From positions 2,208,001-2,272,000 of the forward strand of contig OY820905.2 of NCBI GenBank assembly GCA_963555755.3: a stretch of DNA of 64,000 nt, given 5' to 3'. This DNA comes from Nitrospirales bacterium. GTDB lineage: Bacteria > Nitrospirota > Nitrospiria > Nitrospirales > UBA8639. Numbering within the stretch: position 1 is the first letter of the stretch; each line of letters starts with the position of its first letter. The notes beneath the pieces are model-generated. The model had not been told where the DNA came from. It saw only the letters and a program-made list of their open reading frames with translations, and ran no database searches. The translations under genes and the position numbers were made by a program. Of this stretch, positions 42,458 through 52,664 are shown one piece after another.

Positions 42458-43732
42458 ATGCAACGAGGAAAAAGATTTTGCGGGCAATTACTATTGCTCA
42501 GCACTCTTTTGCTCAACGTGCCCGGTCTCATCTGGGCCGGGGACCCGAGCTTGGGGAAAGAGATCCTTAGCCTTGCTCCACTCATTCAAGAAGCGCTTCA
42601 AAATAATCCGGAATTGGGGGCTGAACAAGCCCGGGTAGAAGGCATGCAGGAGCGAGTTCCCCAACGTAAATCTTTGGATGATCCGGAATTGACCATTCGA
42701 CTGTGGAATACACCAGACTCGTTGAATGTGACGCGCTCGGACCGAGCCATCTTCGGACTCGTCCAACAGTTTCCTTATCCGGGCACCTTATCTCAGCAAG
42801 AACACATTGCTGAGAAAGTGGTGGAACAAGCCACACAACATTTGGCGGGGAAGAAACGTGAAATTATTGCAGCAGTAAAGACAGCGTATTATGAATTGTT
42901 TTATGCCCACCAAGCCCTTGAGATTCATCATGCGGAAGCCAAGCGCCTCAAGCAGTTTTTTAAGGCAGCCACAGCCAAGTTCCGTGTGGGGAAAGGGACC
43001 CAAGTCGATGTGCTGAAGGCACAGGTGGAACAGTCCAAGTGGTTTCAGCATCTCCCCATCCTTGAACAACAACAGGAGACGGCACGGGCTTTCCTCAACA
43101 CGATTTTAAATCGTGAGGTCCACGCTCCGTTGGGTGTTCCTGAAGAACCCCAGAGTAAGCCAAAGGTTCTCTCACTGGTGCATCTCCAAGAACAAGCCCT
43201 TCAGCAACGACCGGAAGTTCGAGAAGCCGCTTTGGCTGTTGAGCAATTTGATTCCACGATCAAGCTGGCCAAGCTCCAAGCGTATCCCCATCTTCGGGTA
43301 GAGGTGCAGCGCTGGCTGAACCGTAATGCGGATGATGGATTCGGGGGCGTGGTGTCCATCAACCTGCCCTTTGCCTTTTGGACGAAACCCAAATATGAGG
43401 CTGGGGTTCGAGAAGCCATGGCGCACCGGAAAGTCGCACAGTTTAAGAAAAGAACCTTGGAAAACCAGACACGCTTCCTGGTTCAAGATCTCGTGGCTCA
43501 ATTTGAGGCGAAGAGAAAAATTCTCGACCTGTATAAGACCACTGTGCTTCCTCAGGCCAAGCTCACCTTGAAGGCGGCCATGGCCGGGTATCGCACCGAT
43601 CGTACCGATTTTTTGGATCTGATTGATGCTGATCGTGCCTTGCTCGCCTATCAGTTGGAATTTGTCCGTACCTTGGTTGATGGGAAGCAGTTGCTGGCCA
43701 AACTGGAACGGGTCGTCGGTACGGAATTGTGA
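42458..43732 (+). CDS. cusC: TolC-family outer membrane efflux protein (CusC-like)
   Basis: ALQNNPEL, VKTAYYEL, GTQVDVLKAQVE, DFLDLIDA; operon context. Confidence 0.88.
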   Translation: MQRGKRFCGQLLLLSTLLLNVPGLIWAGDPSLGKEILSLAPLIQEALQNNPELGAEQARVEGMQERVPQRKSLDDPELTIRLWNTPDSLNVTRSDRAIFGLVQQFPYPGTLSQQEHIAEKVVEQATQHLAGKKREIIAAVKTAYYELFYAHQALEIHHAEAKRLKQFFKAATAKFRVGKGTQVDVLKAQVEQSKWFQHLPILEQQQETARAFLNTILNREVHAPLGVPEEPQSKPKVLSLVHLQEQALQQRPEVREAALAVEQFDSTIKLAKLQAYPHLRVEVQRWLNRNADDGFGGVVSINLPFAFWTKPKYEAGVREAMAHRKVAQFKKRTLENQTRFLVQDLVAQFEAKRKILDLYKTTVLPQAKLTLKAAMAGYRTDRTDFLDLIDADRALLAYQLEFVRTLVDGKQLLAKLERVVGTEL

Positions 43733-43887
43733 AGGGGAATGTTAAAAATGACAGCAAGCTGACGGGGTATGCAGATGGAAAATTATTTGAAAATCCCCCT
43801 AGCCCCCTTTTCCAAAGGGGGAACCTAATTGGTCGCACCGTAACAAGCTACGGGGAATAGTACGTTTAACAGCCTCGATAAGGAGGG

Positions 43888-45204
43888 ATGATGATGAAGA
43901 TACAACAACGCTCTTTGAGTCTAATCCGTTGGATTGGGATAGCCCTTGGGATGATCGTCCTTGTTGGAGGTGGATGGTGGGTGAACGAAAAGCTCGTGAC
44001 TCAACTCGGTTTAGCTGTGGCAGAGGTTTCTGATCCTGACATGCAGGACATGAAGGAGATGGGAGGCATGGACATGAAGTCCATGTCAGGGTCCTCTGAT
44101 ATGGCGCCTTCCCAGGTATCGCTGATGGTGTCACCTCTCAAACAACAGTTGATTGGCGTGCAAACAGCGCTGGTGGAGAAACGTCGCCTTTCAACGAAAG
44201 TTCGAGCAGTTGGGAGGATCACGTATAACGAACGGCGCATTGTCCATGTCAATCTTCGGATTTCAGGTTGGATTGAAGACCTTCTGGTTGATTTCACTGG
44301 GCAACCCGTCCAAAAAGGCCAGCCCCTCTTTACACTGTACAGCCCTGAGTTATTGGCCACTCAAGAGGAATATGTCCTGGCTTTGGAGGCGTTAGACAGC
44401 GTCCAGGAGAGCCCGCTCCCGAATATTCGTCAGGAGAGCCAACGGGTGGTTGATGCAGCACACGATCGACTACATCTCTGGACCTTTACGGAGGAACAAA
44501 TTGATCGATTGACACTCACCCGAACGCCGATGAAAGCCGTGACCATTTTTTCCCCGATAAGTGGGTATGTGATCGACAAAACCGCGTTTCAAGGCATGTT
44601 CGTTCAACCTCAGAACACGATGTACACGATAGCCGATCTTTCAACTATTTGGGTTCAGGCTGATGTCTTTGAATATGAACTTCCCTTTATCCAAAAAGGT
44701 CAGGCAGCGACGCTTACCCTGGAGGCTTTCCCAGGGGAAACATTTTCCGGACGTGTAGCCTATATCTACCCGTATCTCAAGAAAGAGACCCGCACCGTGC
44801 AGGTGCGCCTTGAATTCGCTAATCCTCAAGTGCGGCTGAAACCTGACATGTATGGAACGATCCTCATTCAAGTAGATCGAGGTCCTAGTCTGGCCGTTCC
44901 AGACCAAGCTGTGCTTGATTCCGGACTCCGACAAGTCGTGTTTGTCGCCAAAGAGAAAGGGATGTTTGAACCGAGGGAAATCACGCTCGGGCCAAAGGTC
45001 GGTTCCTTTTTCGAGGTAGTCAAGGGGTTGAAAGAAGGCGAACGCATCGTCACGTCGGGCACCTTTTTATTGGATTCGGAAAGCCGACTCATGGCCACGA
45101 GTAACATGATGGGGGCTTTGGGGATGGGCGGAATCAAAATGGAACAGGCTCAGATGGGCAAGATGGACATGGGAAGTATGGATATGAGTGGGATGAATGA
45201 ATGA
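43888..45204 (+). CDS. cusB: RND periplasmic adaptor (CusB-like) with Met-rich termini
   Basis: LYSPELLATQEEY, IADLSTIWV, LKPDMY, FLLDSES. Confidence 0.93.
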   Translation: MMMKIQQRSLSLIRWIGIALGMIVLVGGGWWVNEKLVTQLGLAVAEVSDPDMQDMKEMGGMDMKSMSGSSDMAPSQVSLMVSPLKQQLIGVQTALVEKRRLSTKVRAVGRITYNERRIVHVNLRISGWIEDLLVDFTGQPVQKGQPLFTLYSPELLATQEEYVLALEALDSVQESPLPNIRQESQRVVDAAHDRLHLWTFTEEQIDRLTLTRTPMKAVTIFSPISGYVIDKTAFQGMFVQPQNTMYTIADLSTIWVQADVFEYELPFIQKGQAATLTLEAFPGETFSGRVAYIYPYLKKETRTVQVRLEFANPQVRLKPDMYGTILIQVDRGPSLAVPDQAVLDSGLRQVVFVAKEKGMFEPREITLGPKVGSFFEVVKGLKEGERIVTSGTFLLDSESRLMATSNMMGALGMGGIKMEQAQMGKMDMGSMDMSGMNE

Positions 45205-45312
45205 GAGGGTCTCCCGAGTACTCAATGGCTACTACCATTGTGGCTTGTCGACGGTACCAAGACTCTACCTCACCTAACCTCTCCTTACAAAGGAGAGGGA
45301 TCTGAGGCAGGT

Positions 45313-45458
45313 AGGGAATGTTCAAAAAAGCATGCCCTGAGTCTTTCCGAAGGGTCTATCCAGCAAGGCCGCAGCCCTTTTGACGCGCGGAGCGTACTCT
45401 CGTACGTGAGCACGGCAAAAGGGCGAGAACGCCGCTGGCGGCTTTTTTCAACATTCCC
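45313..45458. mobile_element. MITE family C between cusB and cusA
   Basis: TIRs; near-identical to 35000-35147 in reverse. Confidence 0.85.
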
Positions 45459-45482
45459 GAATGGAAGAGGATCAAGACTCGA

Positions 45483-48400
45483 ATGATTGAACGAACCATT
45501 GCGTGGAGCGCCCGCAACGGATTTTTGGTGGGGGTGCTGGTTCTCTTTCTCATGGGCTGGGGAATCTGGGTGATTGCTCACACTTCGCTTGATGCGTTGC
45601 CAGATTTGTCGGACGTCCAGGTGATTGTGTTCACGGAATGGCCCGGGCGCAGTCCAGATTTGGTGGAGGATCAAATCACCTATCCCATTGTGACATCCAT
45701 GTTGGGAGCCCCGCGTATCAAGTATGTGCGGGGACAATCTTTCCTCGGCCTCTCCTTTGTCTACATCGTGTTTCAAGATGGGACCGACATGTACTGGGCG
45801 AGAAGCCGTGTTGTTGAGTATATGCAAGGTGTCGCGGACAAACTGCCCGAAGGCGTCTCGCCTACGCTTGGGCCCGATGCCACGGGAGTGGGCTGGGTCT
45901 TTCAGTATGCCTTGGTGAGTGAAAATGGCAAACAGAGTTTAGCTGACCTTCGATCGTTTCAGGATTGGTATCTGCGCTATTGGCTGCAAAGCGTGCCCGG
46001 TGTCTCAGAGGTGGCCTCTATTGGTGGGTTCGTGAAGCAATATCAGGTTCAGGTAGATCCTGTGAAACTGCAAGCGTCCCGTATTGGCCTTTCCGAGGTT
46101 ATCCGAGCGATTCGCCGCAGCAATAATGAAGTGGGTGGACGGGTGATTGAAGCCAGTGAACGGGAATACATGGTACGAGGCCGGGGTTATATCCGTTCCC
46201 TGGATGACCTCCGAAGCATACCAGTAGGAACGGATCAGCATGGGACGCCAATTATCATCCAGGATATTGCCCACGTCACCATCGGTCCGGATATGCGACG
46301 AGGCGTCGCGGAGCTGGATGGCATGGGAGAAGCCGTTGGAGGCATCGTGATTATGCGCTACGGCGAAAATGCCCTTAATGTCATCGATCGGGTGAAAAAG
46401 AAATTAAAAGAAATTGAACCATCTATTCCCGAAGGAATTCGCGTGGTCACCGTATATGATCGGTCTGACCTGATCCTTCGAGCCGTTGCCACATTAAAGG
46501 ACAAACTCATTGAAATCAGTGTGGTCGTCAGCCTTGTCTGTGTGGTCTTTCTCTTTCACATTCGGTCAGCCCTGGTTCCCATTCTTCTGCTACCGGTGGC
46601 CGTGATGCTCTCGTTCATTGCGATGTATTACCTTGGGATCAGTTCGAATGTGATGTCGCTTTCGGGCATCGCGATCGCGATTGGGGCCATGGTCGATGCT
46701 GTCATCGTCATGGTGGAAAATGCTCACCGACGATTAGAAGAGTGGGACCAACAGGGTCGAATAGGGTCCCGAAATGACGTGATTATTCGGGCAGCACAAG
46801 AGGTCGGCAAACCACTCTTTTTTTCCTTGCTGATTATCACGGTGTCTTTTCTACCCATTTTCACTCTGGAAGCGCAGGAAGGGCGGCTGTTTAAGCCACT
46901 CGCCTATACAAAGACGTTTGCCATGTTCTTTGCTGCGCTGGCCTCTATCCTGGTGGCTCCGCTGTTCATGCAGTGGTTCATTCGTGGTCGGATCACACCA
47001 GAAAGCCGAAATCCTTTGAACCGATTTCTTATTTGGATCTATACCCCCCTGTTAAAAATTGCGTTGCGTGTCAGATGGCTTGTGGTGGGATTAGCCATTG
47101 GGGGGATCATCTTGGTGTTGCCCATCTACGAAAAGCTAGGGTCCGAATTCATGCCCCCCTTGAACGAAGGCACGATTTTGTATATGCCCACATCTCTTCC
47201 CGGCCTGTCTGTTCAGAAAGCCAGCTACATTCTCCAGACCCAGGATCGATTGTTAAAGGAGTTTCCCGAGGTGGACCGTGTGTTTGGGAAAATGGGCCGA
47301 GCACGGACAGCCACGGACCCTGCCCCGCTGAACATGGCCGAGACGATTATTACGCTCAAGCCTCAGGAAGCCTGGCGGCCAGGGATGACATGGGACAAGT
47401 TGATTGCCGAAATGGATCAACGGGTCAAAATGCCTGGCATGCCGAACATTTGGTGGATGCCAATTCAAACCAGAACCGAAATGCTCGCCACGGGCATCCG
47501 AAGTAGCCTGGGAATTAAAATCTTAGGGCCTCGTTTAGAGGAATTGGAACGATTGGGTTTGCAAATTGAAGGCCTGCTTCAATCTCTTGAGGGAACACGA
47601 AGTGCGTATGCCGAGCGGGTCACCGGAGGATACTATTTGGACATCGATGTGAATCGCGTGGCCGCAGCCCGATACGGATTGACGGTGGGAGATGTTCAAG
47701 ATGTTATCGAATCCGCCATTGGAGGAAAAAACATTACATGGACTGTGGAAGGCCGTGAACGCTATCCCATAAATGTTCGGTACCCTCGCGAACTACGCCA
47801 GGATGTCGATGCCCTTAAACGCGTCCTTGTGATGACACCACAAGGAGAGCAAATCCCACTCGCACAACTTTCCAGCATCACGAAGACCACCGGTCCCCCA
47901 TCCATTCGAGATGAGAACGGCTCCCTTGCCAGTATTGTGTTTGTTGATGTGGCTGGCCAAGATCTGGGGACCTATGTTCAGAATGCCAAGGCGTTGGTTC
48001 AAGAACATGTGAAGCTCCCACCAGGATATTCGTTACAATGGGCAGGCCAATACGAATATCTTGAACGAGCACAGAAACAACTTCAGATTGTGATTCCCTT
48101 AACGCTCTTTATCATTTTTGTGTTGCTGTACCTTAACTTCCGCTCCGTCCCTCGCTGCCTGCTGGTTCTTCTCTCGGTTCCGTTTTCCTTGGTCGGAGCG
48201 ATTTGGTATCTGAATTTTCTGGGATACCATCTGAGCGTGGCCGTGTGGGTAGGACTTATTGCATTGGCAGGTGTGGCAGCTGAAACCGGAGTCATTATGA
48301 TCATATTCCTGGATGAAGCCTGTGCCAAGCGGCAAAAGGAAAACCGACTTCAGACATTGAGCGATCTTCGTGATGCGGTCGTCGAAGGGGCAGTGCTTCG

Positions 48401-48605
48401 AGTGCGGCCAAAAATTATGACGGCCGCTGCGATTTTCCTTGGATTACTGCCCATCATGTGGAGTCACGGGACTGGGGCAGATGTGATGAAGCGTATTGCT
48501 GCACCAATGATTGGGGGTATGGTTACGGCCGTGGTGCTCACTCTTCTGGTCATCCCGGGACTGTACATCATCTGGCGGCAATGGGATCTCAGGCTGAGAA
48601 AATAG
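45483..48605 (+). CDS. cusA: CusA/CzcA-family Cu/Ag efflux RND permease
   Basis: LDALPDLSDVQV, GPDATGVGWV, EFMPPLNEG, MPIQTRTEMLATG. Confidence 0.96.
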   Translation: MIERTIAWSARNGFLVGVLVLFLMGWGIWVIAHTSLDALPDLSDVQVIVFTEWPGRSPDLVEDQITYPIVTSMLGAPRIKYVRGQSFLGLSFVYIVFQDGTDMYWARSRVVEYMQGVADKLPEGVSPTLGPDATGVGWVFQYALVSENGKQSLADLRSFQDWYLRYWLQSVPGVSEVASIGGFVKQYQVQVDPVKLQASRIGLSEVIRAIRRSNNEVGGRVIEASEREYMVRGRGYIRSLDDLRSIPVGTDQHGTPIIIQDIAHVTIGPDMRRGVAELDGMGEAVGGIVIMRYGENALNVIDRVKKKLKEIEPSIPEGIRVVTVYDRSDLILRAVATLKDKLIEISVVVSLVCVVFLFHIRSALVPILLLPVAVMLSFIAMYYLGISSNVMSLSGIAIAIGAMVDAVIVMVENAHRRLEEWDQQGRIGSRNDVIIRAAQEVGKPLFFSLLIITVSFLPIFTLEAQEGRLFKPLAYTKTFAMFFAALASILVAPLFMQWFIRGRITPESRNPLNRFLIWIYTPLLKIALRVRWLVVGLAIGGIILVLPIYEKLGSEFMPPLNEGTILYMPTSLPGLSVQKASYILQTQDRLLKEFPEVDRVFGKMGRARTATDPAPLNMAETIITLKPQEAWRPGMTWDKLIAEMDQRVKMPGMPNIWWMPIQTRTEMLATGIRSSLGIKILGPRLEELERLGLQIEGLLQSLEGTRSAYAERVTGGYYLDIDVNRVAAARYGLTVGDVQDVIESAIGGKNITWTVEGRERYPINVRYPRELRQDVDALKRVLVMTPQGEQIPLAQLSSITKTTGPPSIRDENGSLASIVFVDVAGQDLGTYVQNAKALVQEHVKLPPGYSLQWAGQYEYLERAQKQLQIVIPLTLFIIFVLLYLNFRSVPRCLLVLLSVPFSLVGAIWYLNFLGYHLSVAVWVGLIALAGVAAETGVIMIIFLDEACAKRQKENRLQTLSDLRDAVVEGAVLRVRPKIMTAAAIFLGLLPIMWSHGTGADVMKRIAAPMIGGMVTAVVLTLLVIPGLYIIWRQWDLRLRK

Positions 48606-48630
48606 ACACCGAGCTAAAAGAAACCCTACA

Positions 48631-48770
48631 GGGCACCTCTAAAAACCAGGCATTTTGGTGAGGGCAAGGAAGCCACGCGCGGAAAACCGGAGTGTATGGG
48701 CGAATACATGAGGATTTGAGCACGCGGCTGACGCCGCCATCACGGAAAAGGACGGTTTGTAGAGGTGCCC
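48631..48770. mobile_element. MITE family D
   Basis: TIRs; TACA/TACA target duplication. Confidence 0.92.
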
Positions 48771-48789
48771 TACATGTTTAAATCACGGG

Positions 48790-49000
48790 CCCGTTGAAAG
48801 AGCATGCCCTGGGTATGGTCGAAAGGTCCGCAGCGGCGTTCTGGACCCATGGTCGTACTCACGTACTCCGAGTACACTCCGCGCGCCAAGCCTACTCCGC
48901 CGAAGTGGCTACGAAGGCCGGGCGGGCCTGCGGCCTTTCCTTCGACCGACTCAGGACAGGACGGACCTCCCGCCTCCGCGAGGGCATGCTTTGTGAACAG
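48790..49000. repeat. Divergent family C element carrying small REP-like inserts
   Basis: Core CAGCGGCGTTCT...CTCACGTAC...GCGGCCTT plus CCTTCGACCGACTCAGGACAGG. Confidence 0.55.
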
Positions 49001-49177
49001 CCCTCAAATGGATGGACATTGGGTGTGCCTTTCATCATTCCTTCTGGCATTCCCGGATCACTTCCCGTTTATAACCTTACGTTTACTTGCGAATCCACTT
49101 TCCACTCTTCTGAAATACCACGCTGGTCCTTCAGGTGGTGCTCTCCAGAAATCCTGTGACTATCTTCAACCATGGTC

Positions 49178-49209
49178 TTGACTCCGTACTATGGTACGGG
49201 GCATATGCT
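49178..49209 (+). promoter_or_regulatory. MerR-type promoter/operator
   Basis: TTGACT-CCGTAC-tatg-GTACGG-...TATGCT; dyad inside an elongated 19-20 bp spacer, like the mer PT promoter. Confidence 0.85.
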
Positions 49210-49215
49210 GTCTCC

Positions 49216-49629
49216 ATGAGAATAGGTCAAGTTGCCAAACGTGTGGGAGTTGGTATCGAAACCATTCGCTTTTATGAGCGAAAGGGATTGATCGTTCAAC
49301 CACCCCGGCCCACTGGAAGATACCGGGAGTATCACAAAGAAGCTGTGGCAAGAATTCGTTTCATAAAATGCGCCAAGGAACTGGGGTTCTCATTAACGGA
49401 AATATCAGAATTCCTCTCTTTGCAGGCCAATCCCAGGGCTACGTGTGCGGATGTTAAACAGCGCGCCGAAGCCAAAATTTCGACTATTCAGGAACGAGTC
49501 AAAGGTCTACAGACAATGAAACACGCACTTGGAAAGTTGGTTAAACCCTGTAGCGGACGCGGTCCCCTTACTGATTGTCCCATTATTGATTGCTTTGAAA
49601 CTCAGAAAGAAAAGGAGGAGTCCCTATGA
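49216..49629 (+). CDS. merR: Heavy-metal-responsive MerR-family regulator (Hg-type three-Cys pattern)
   Basis: ETIRFYERKGL, LGFSLTEI, TCADV...C.GRG...CPII. Confidence 0.85.
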   Translation: MRIGQVAKRVGVGIETIRFYERKGLIVQPPRPTGRYREYHKEAVARIRFIKCAKELGFSLTEISEFLSLQANPRATCADVKQRAEAKISTIQERVKGLQTMKHALGKLVKPCSGRGPLTDCPIIDCFETQKEKEESL

Positions 49630-49895
49630 GAACCATACGTCGTATCGAAATTTTCAGTGCTGGGTGTCAGGTCTGTGAAGACACGATCACCCTTGTCAAA
49701 CGCCTTGCGTGCTCCTCATGCGAGGTCATGGTCCTGGACATGAAAGATCAGACAGTATCCACCCGCGCAAGGGAGCTTGGCATTCATACGGTTCCTGCGG
49801 TGGTGATTGACAGTCAATTGGCACTGTGCTGTGTTGGCACTGGTCCCAGTGAGAGCGCCTTAAGGGCCGCCGGTATCGGCACTCCTTTGCCGTAA
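49626..49895 (+). CDS. Small thioredoxin/glutaredoxin-like protein
   Basis: IEIFSAGCQVC, VPAVVID, CC pair; ATGA coupling to merR. Confidence 0.85.
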   Translation: MRTIRRIEIFSAGCQVCEDTITLVKRLACSSCEVMVLDMKDQTVSTRARELGIHTVPAVVIDSQLALCCVGTGPSESALRAAGIGTPLP

Positions 49896-49907
49896 GGGGA
49901 ATGCTTC

Positions 49908-50050
49908 ATGGAGGATAATCTACCCAAAGGAAAGCCACCTAATTTTTGGATCACGACGGGAATTATAGGGGCTCTTGCCTCATCCCTTTGTTGTATCACG
50001 CCCCTGGCCGTCATTTTTCTCGGCGTGGCGGGACTGGGGGCCTGGACAAG
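49908..50050 (+). pseudogene. MerF/MerT-like mercuric transporter N-terminal fragment
   Basis: TGIIGALASSLCCITPLAVIFLGVAGL, then loss of similarity. Confidence 0.7.
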
Positions 50051-50388
50051 AGCGGGCTTAACCCCGTGTTCGTTTTCCCTGAACCACTACACAGTGCAAG
50101 CTTGGTGTGTGAGGGTGAGGGTATGGTTATCGTAAAATCCCCCCTCCCCCCCTTTTCCAAAGGGGGAGCCTCCCGAGTACCGCTTCCCAAGGGATGTTCT
50201 TCCATCACCTGCAGAGGAGAATCCGGCCAACCGACCGATACGGATTGATGAAGCCCCAGAAAAATCTAGAAACCCGGATGGCTCGCCCATGAGCTCCCTG
50301 GGGGTCTAGTGGCCACAGATGGGTCCTCTATTATTGGCACGGGGTTCCTACAAAATTCATAGAGAACCATAAATTCTGTATGATCCGG

Positions 50389-50820
50389 TTAATGGCGATG
50401 ACCAGAATGACCGTCGGAAGATTCAGGTTCCGTATCCTGTTTAATCGTTCCATAGGTTCTAAAGGGCGGAGCATTTCGAATAATCGAATGTCCAGGTTCT
50501 AATTTCGCAGCCTTCACAAAATGGGACCGTGATTCTGCATAACGGCCTTGTTGATGGAGAGACAGGCCAAGATTGTAGTGAGCCTCGCCTAATGATGATT
50601 GAGCTCGTATGGCTACTTCATATTTCTTAGATGCCTCTGTCCAATCCCGCAGAGCAAACAGGCGGTTTCCTTCTTTAATAGCAGTTGCCGCCACTGGGTC
50701 GGCATACGCAGGAGGAGGAAGAGGGTGATCCTTCTGGTGATGCGGTGGCCCACCACACCCAACCATGAGAACACTCAAAACTCCCATCATAGTAAAATGA
50801 AGAATACTGTGTCTCACCAT
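50389..50820 (-). CDS. TPR lipoprotein with His-rich ends
   Basis: Lipobox MVGC; EAHYNLG TPR; C-terminal GHSGHRH. Confidence 0.85.
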   Translation of the reverse strand: MVRHSILHFTMMGVLSVLMVGCGGPPHHQKDHPLPPPAYADPVAATAIKEGNRLFALRDWTEASKKYEVAIRAQSSLGEAHYNLGLSLHQQGRYAESRSHFVKAAKLEPGHSIIRNAPPFRTYGTIKQDTEPESSDGHSGHRH

Positions 50821-50839
50821 GCTTCGTATCTCCTTCTAT

Positions 50840-51039
50840 GGGAATGTTGAAAAAAGCCGCCAGCCTTTGCCAAGGGTACGGCAGACAAGCCAGCGGCGTT
50901 CTCGCCATTTTGCCGCGCTCACGTACTATGAGTACGCTCCGCGCGGCAAAATGGCTGCGGCCTTTCCTTCGACTCTGCTCAGGACAGGACTGGATAGACC
51001 CTTCGGAAAGACTCAGGGCATGCTTTTTTGAACATTCCC
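50840..51039. mobile_element. MITE family C with two extra small inserts
   Basis: TIRs intact; longer than other copies because of GCCTTTGCCAAGGGTACGGCAGAC and CTTCGACTCTGCTCAGGACAGG inserts. Confidence 0.82.
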
Positions 51040-51175
51040 TCCCGCCCATGATGTCCGTCTCATCTAGGGCATGTATTTGCCATTGGCGTGAAATATTCAA
51101 CAGTCCCCTACATGAAACAACCACGGTCACCTCTATGTGTGTATTGACTTATAAACGTAGGACAGAGATAGGAAT

Positions 51176-51546
51176 TTAATTCCGCAGAGTCGAGAGCAGG
51201 AGAAAAAGAAGCGGAGGGTTTGAGGAAAGGGGACTATCGAGGGAAGCAGGAAGGAACACTGAGGTACCCGAGGACCAACTCGGAACCTTGAGGTCGATCA
51301 TGGCCGGGTTAAAATCCCCGAGTGAGGCCGCAGAGGCTAAGGCGAGGTCCGGGCACCCATGTTGTTTTCCTCCGTGTTTTCGTGTGGTGCCGCCGGGTCT
51401 TCGTGTGATGCCGAATGATGGGAAACCTCTCCACCATAAGAATAGGCCATGGGGCAAAAAAGGTTCCCCCCACTGCACGCCAGAAAGGTGAGAAGAATCA
51501 CGAAGGAAAAAACAACTCGAAACCTGGAAGGGATTGGTGATGTCAT
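51176..51546 (-). pseudogene. Hypothetical metal-operon leader protein, apparently frameshifted
   Basis: Signal-like ORF 51337-51546 and tail ORF ending PPLLFLLLSTLRN resemble 41943-42302 in architecture. Confidence 0.4.
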
Positions 51547-51750
51547 ATTTTTTATTAAATGTATTCCTTATTTTGTTTTTGTCAACGTCAAAGATACGTG
51601 TACATTTTGGTTTTTTCCCACGCCTCCGTTCAAACTCAAAATACTATTTTCCTGAAGTTGAAAATTAGATATCATTTCTCAATACTTTCTGGCTCTAAAA
51701 GGGAAAGAAAAGATGGCCTGATGGAGCACAAACCCCAGCATCTCCCTTGA

Positions 51751-51891
51751 GGGCACCTCTAAAAACCGTCCTTTTCCGTGATGGCGGCGTCAGCCGCGTG
51801 CTCAAATCCTCATGTATTCGCCCATACACTCCGGTTTTCCGCGCGCGGCTTCCTTGCCCTCACAAAAAATGCCTGGTTTTTAGAGGTGCCC
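51751..51891. mobile_element. MITE family D
   Basis: TIRs; TTGA/TTGA target duplication. Confidence 0.92.
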
Positions 51892-51983
51892 TTGAATCAA
51901 TTGAGAGGGTAATTCCTCGCAGCTTGCTGCGTACCAATTAGAATCTTTGGAATGGGATACCCCGCAGTTTGCGGCGAGGATCT

Positions 51984-52364
51984 TTATTGAGCAGAAAGAA
52001 ACTTTCCCAAAAATCTTTCTGTGAAAACCCACAAGAACCCGCTACCGGCTACGATCATAAGGCCTAACCAAATCCATCCATTTGCACCAAGGTCTACGAT
52101 GTGGAATCCATGAAGCATTGTCATCAATGCCACCAGGAGGAAATACGGTCCCGTAAAATAACAGTGGGTTCGCCCACACCGAGTTGCATTGGCCAGGCAC
52201 GCGACACCTTTCCACACGAGGGCTCCGGCCCACATGAGGGTTCTGGTGGATGGGTCCAGAAAAATTCCAATAATCAGGATAACGCCCGGTAGCCCCCATG
52301 CGAGGGCATAAGTACGGAAATCACTCACCCAATCTTTTGATTCGCAAATTTCTATCTTTGGCAT
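51984..52364 (-). CDS. Cys-containing membrane protein under MerR-type control
   Basis: About four TM segments; ACLANATRCGRTHC. Confidence 0.75.
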   Translation of the reverse strand: MPKIEICESKDWVSDFRTYALAWGLPGVILIIGIFLDPSTRTLMWAGALVWKGVACLANATRCGRTHCYFTGPYFLLVALMTMLHGFHIVDLGANGWIWLGLMIVAGSGFLWVFTERFLGKFLSAQ

Positions 52365-52395
52365 TGGCGGTACAGTCTAATCATGTGTCTCACCT

Positions 52396-52426
52396 ATGAT
52401 AAACCCTGGATGGACTACAGATTCAA
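52396..52426 (-). promoter_or_regulatory. MerR-type promoter (19-bp spacer)
   Basis: TTGAAT-CTGTAGTCCATCCAGGGTT-TATCAT on the minus strand. Confidence 0.7.
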
Positions 52427-52450
52427 GAAGTTTTTTCGGGGAGGGCCAAA

Positions 52451-52525
52451 TTGGTCACCATAGGGGTATTGTCCAAGCAGACGGGTTGTCACATTGAGAC
52501 GATTCGGTATAACGAGCGGATATTT
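52451..52525 (+). pseudogene. MerR-family regulator N-terminal fragment
   Basis: TIGVLSKQTGCHIETIRYNERI, then unrelated sequence. Confidence 0.7.
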
Positions 52526-52664
52526 TGCCGTGCAATATTCCCTCCTCCTGAATTGGCACGGCAAAATGAGTCTGAGTTCACTGAAGGAAGGATTCTGCTC
52601 CCTCCTTTGTCCACCCCCTGCGGAGAGAGCTACCTTTCCTGCAGGGGTGGCCTCAACCCAGCCT

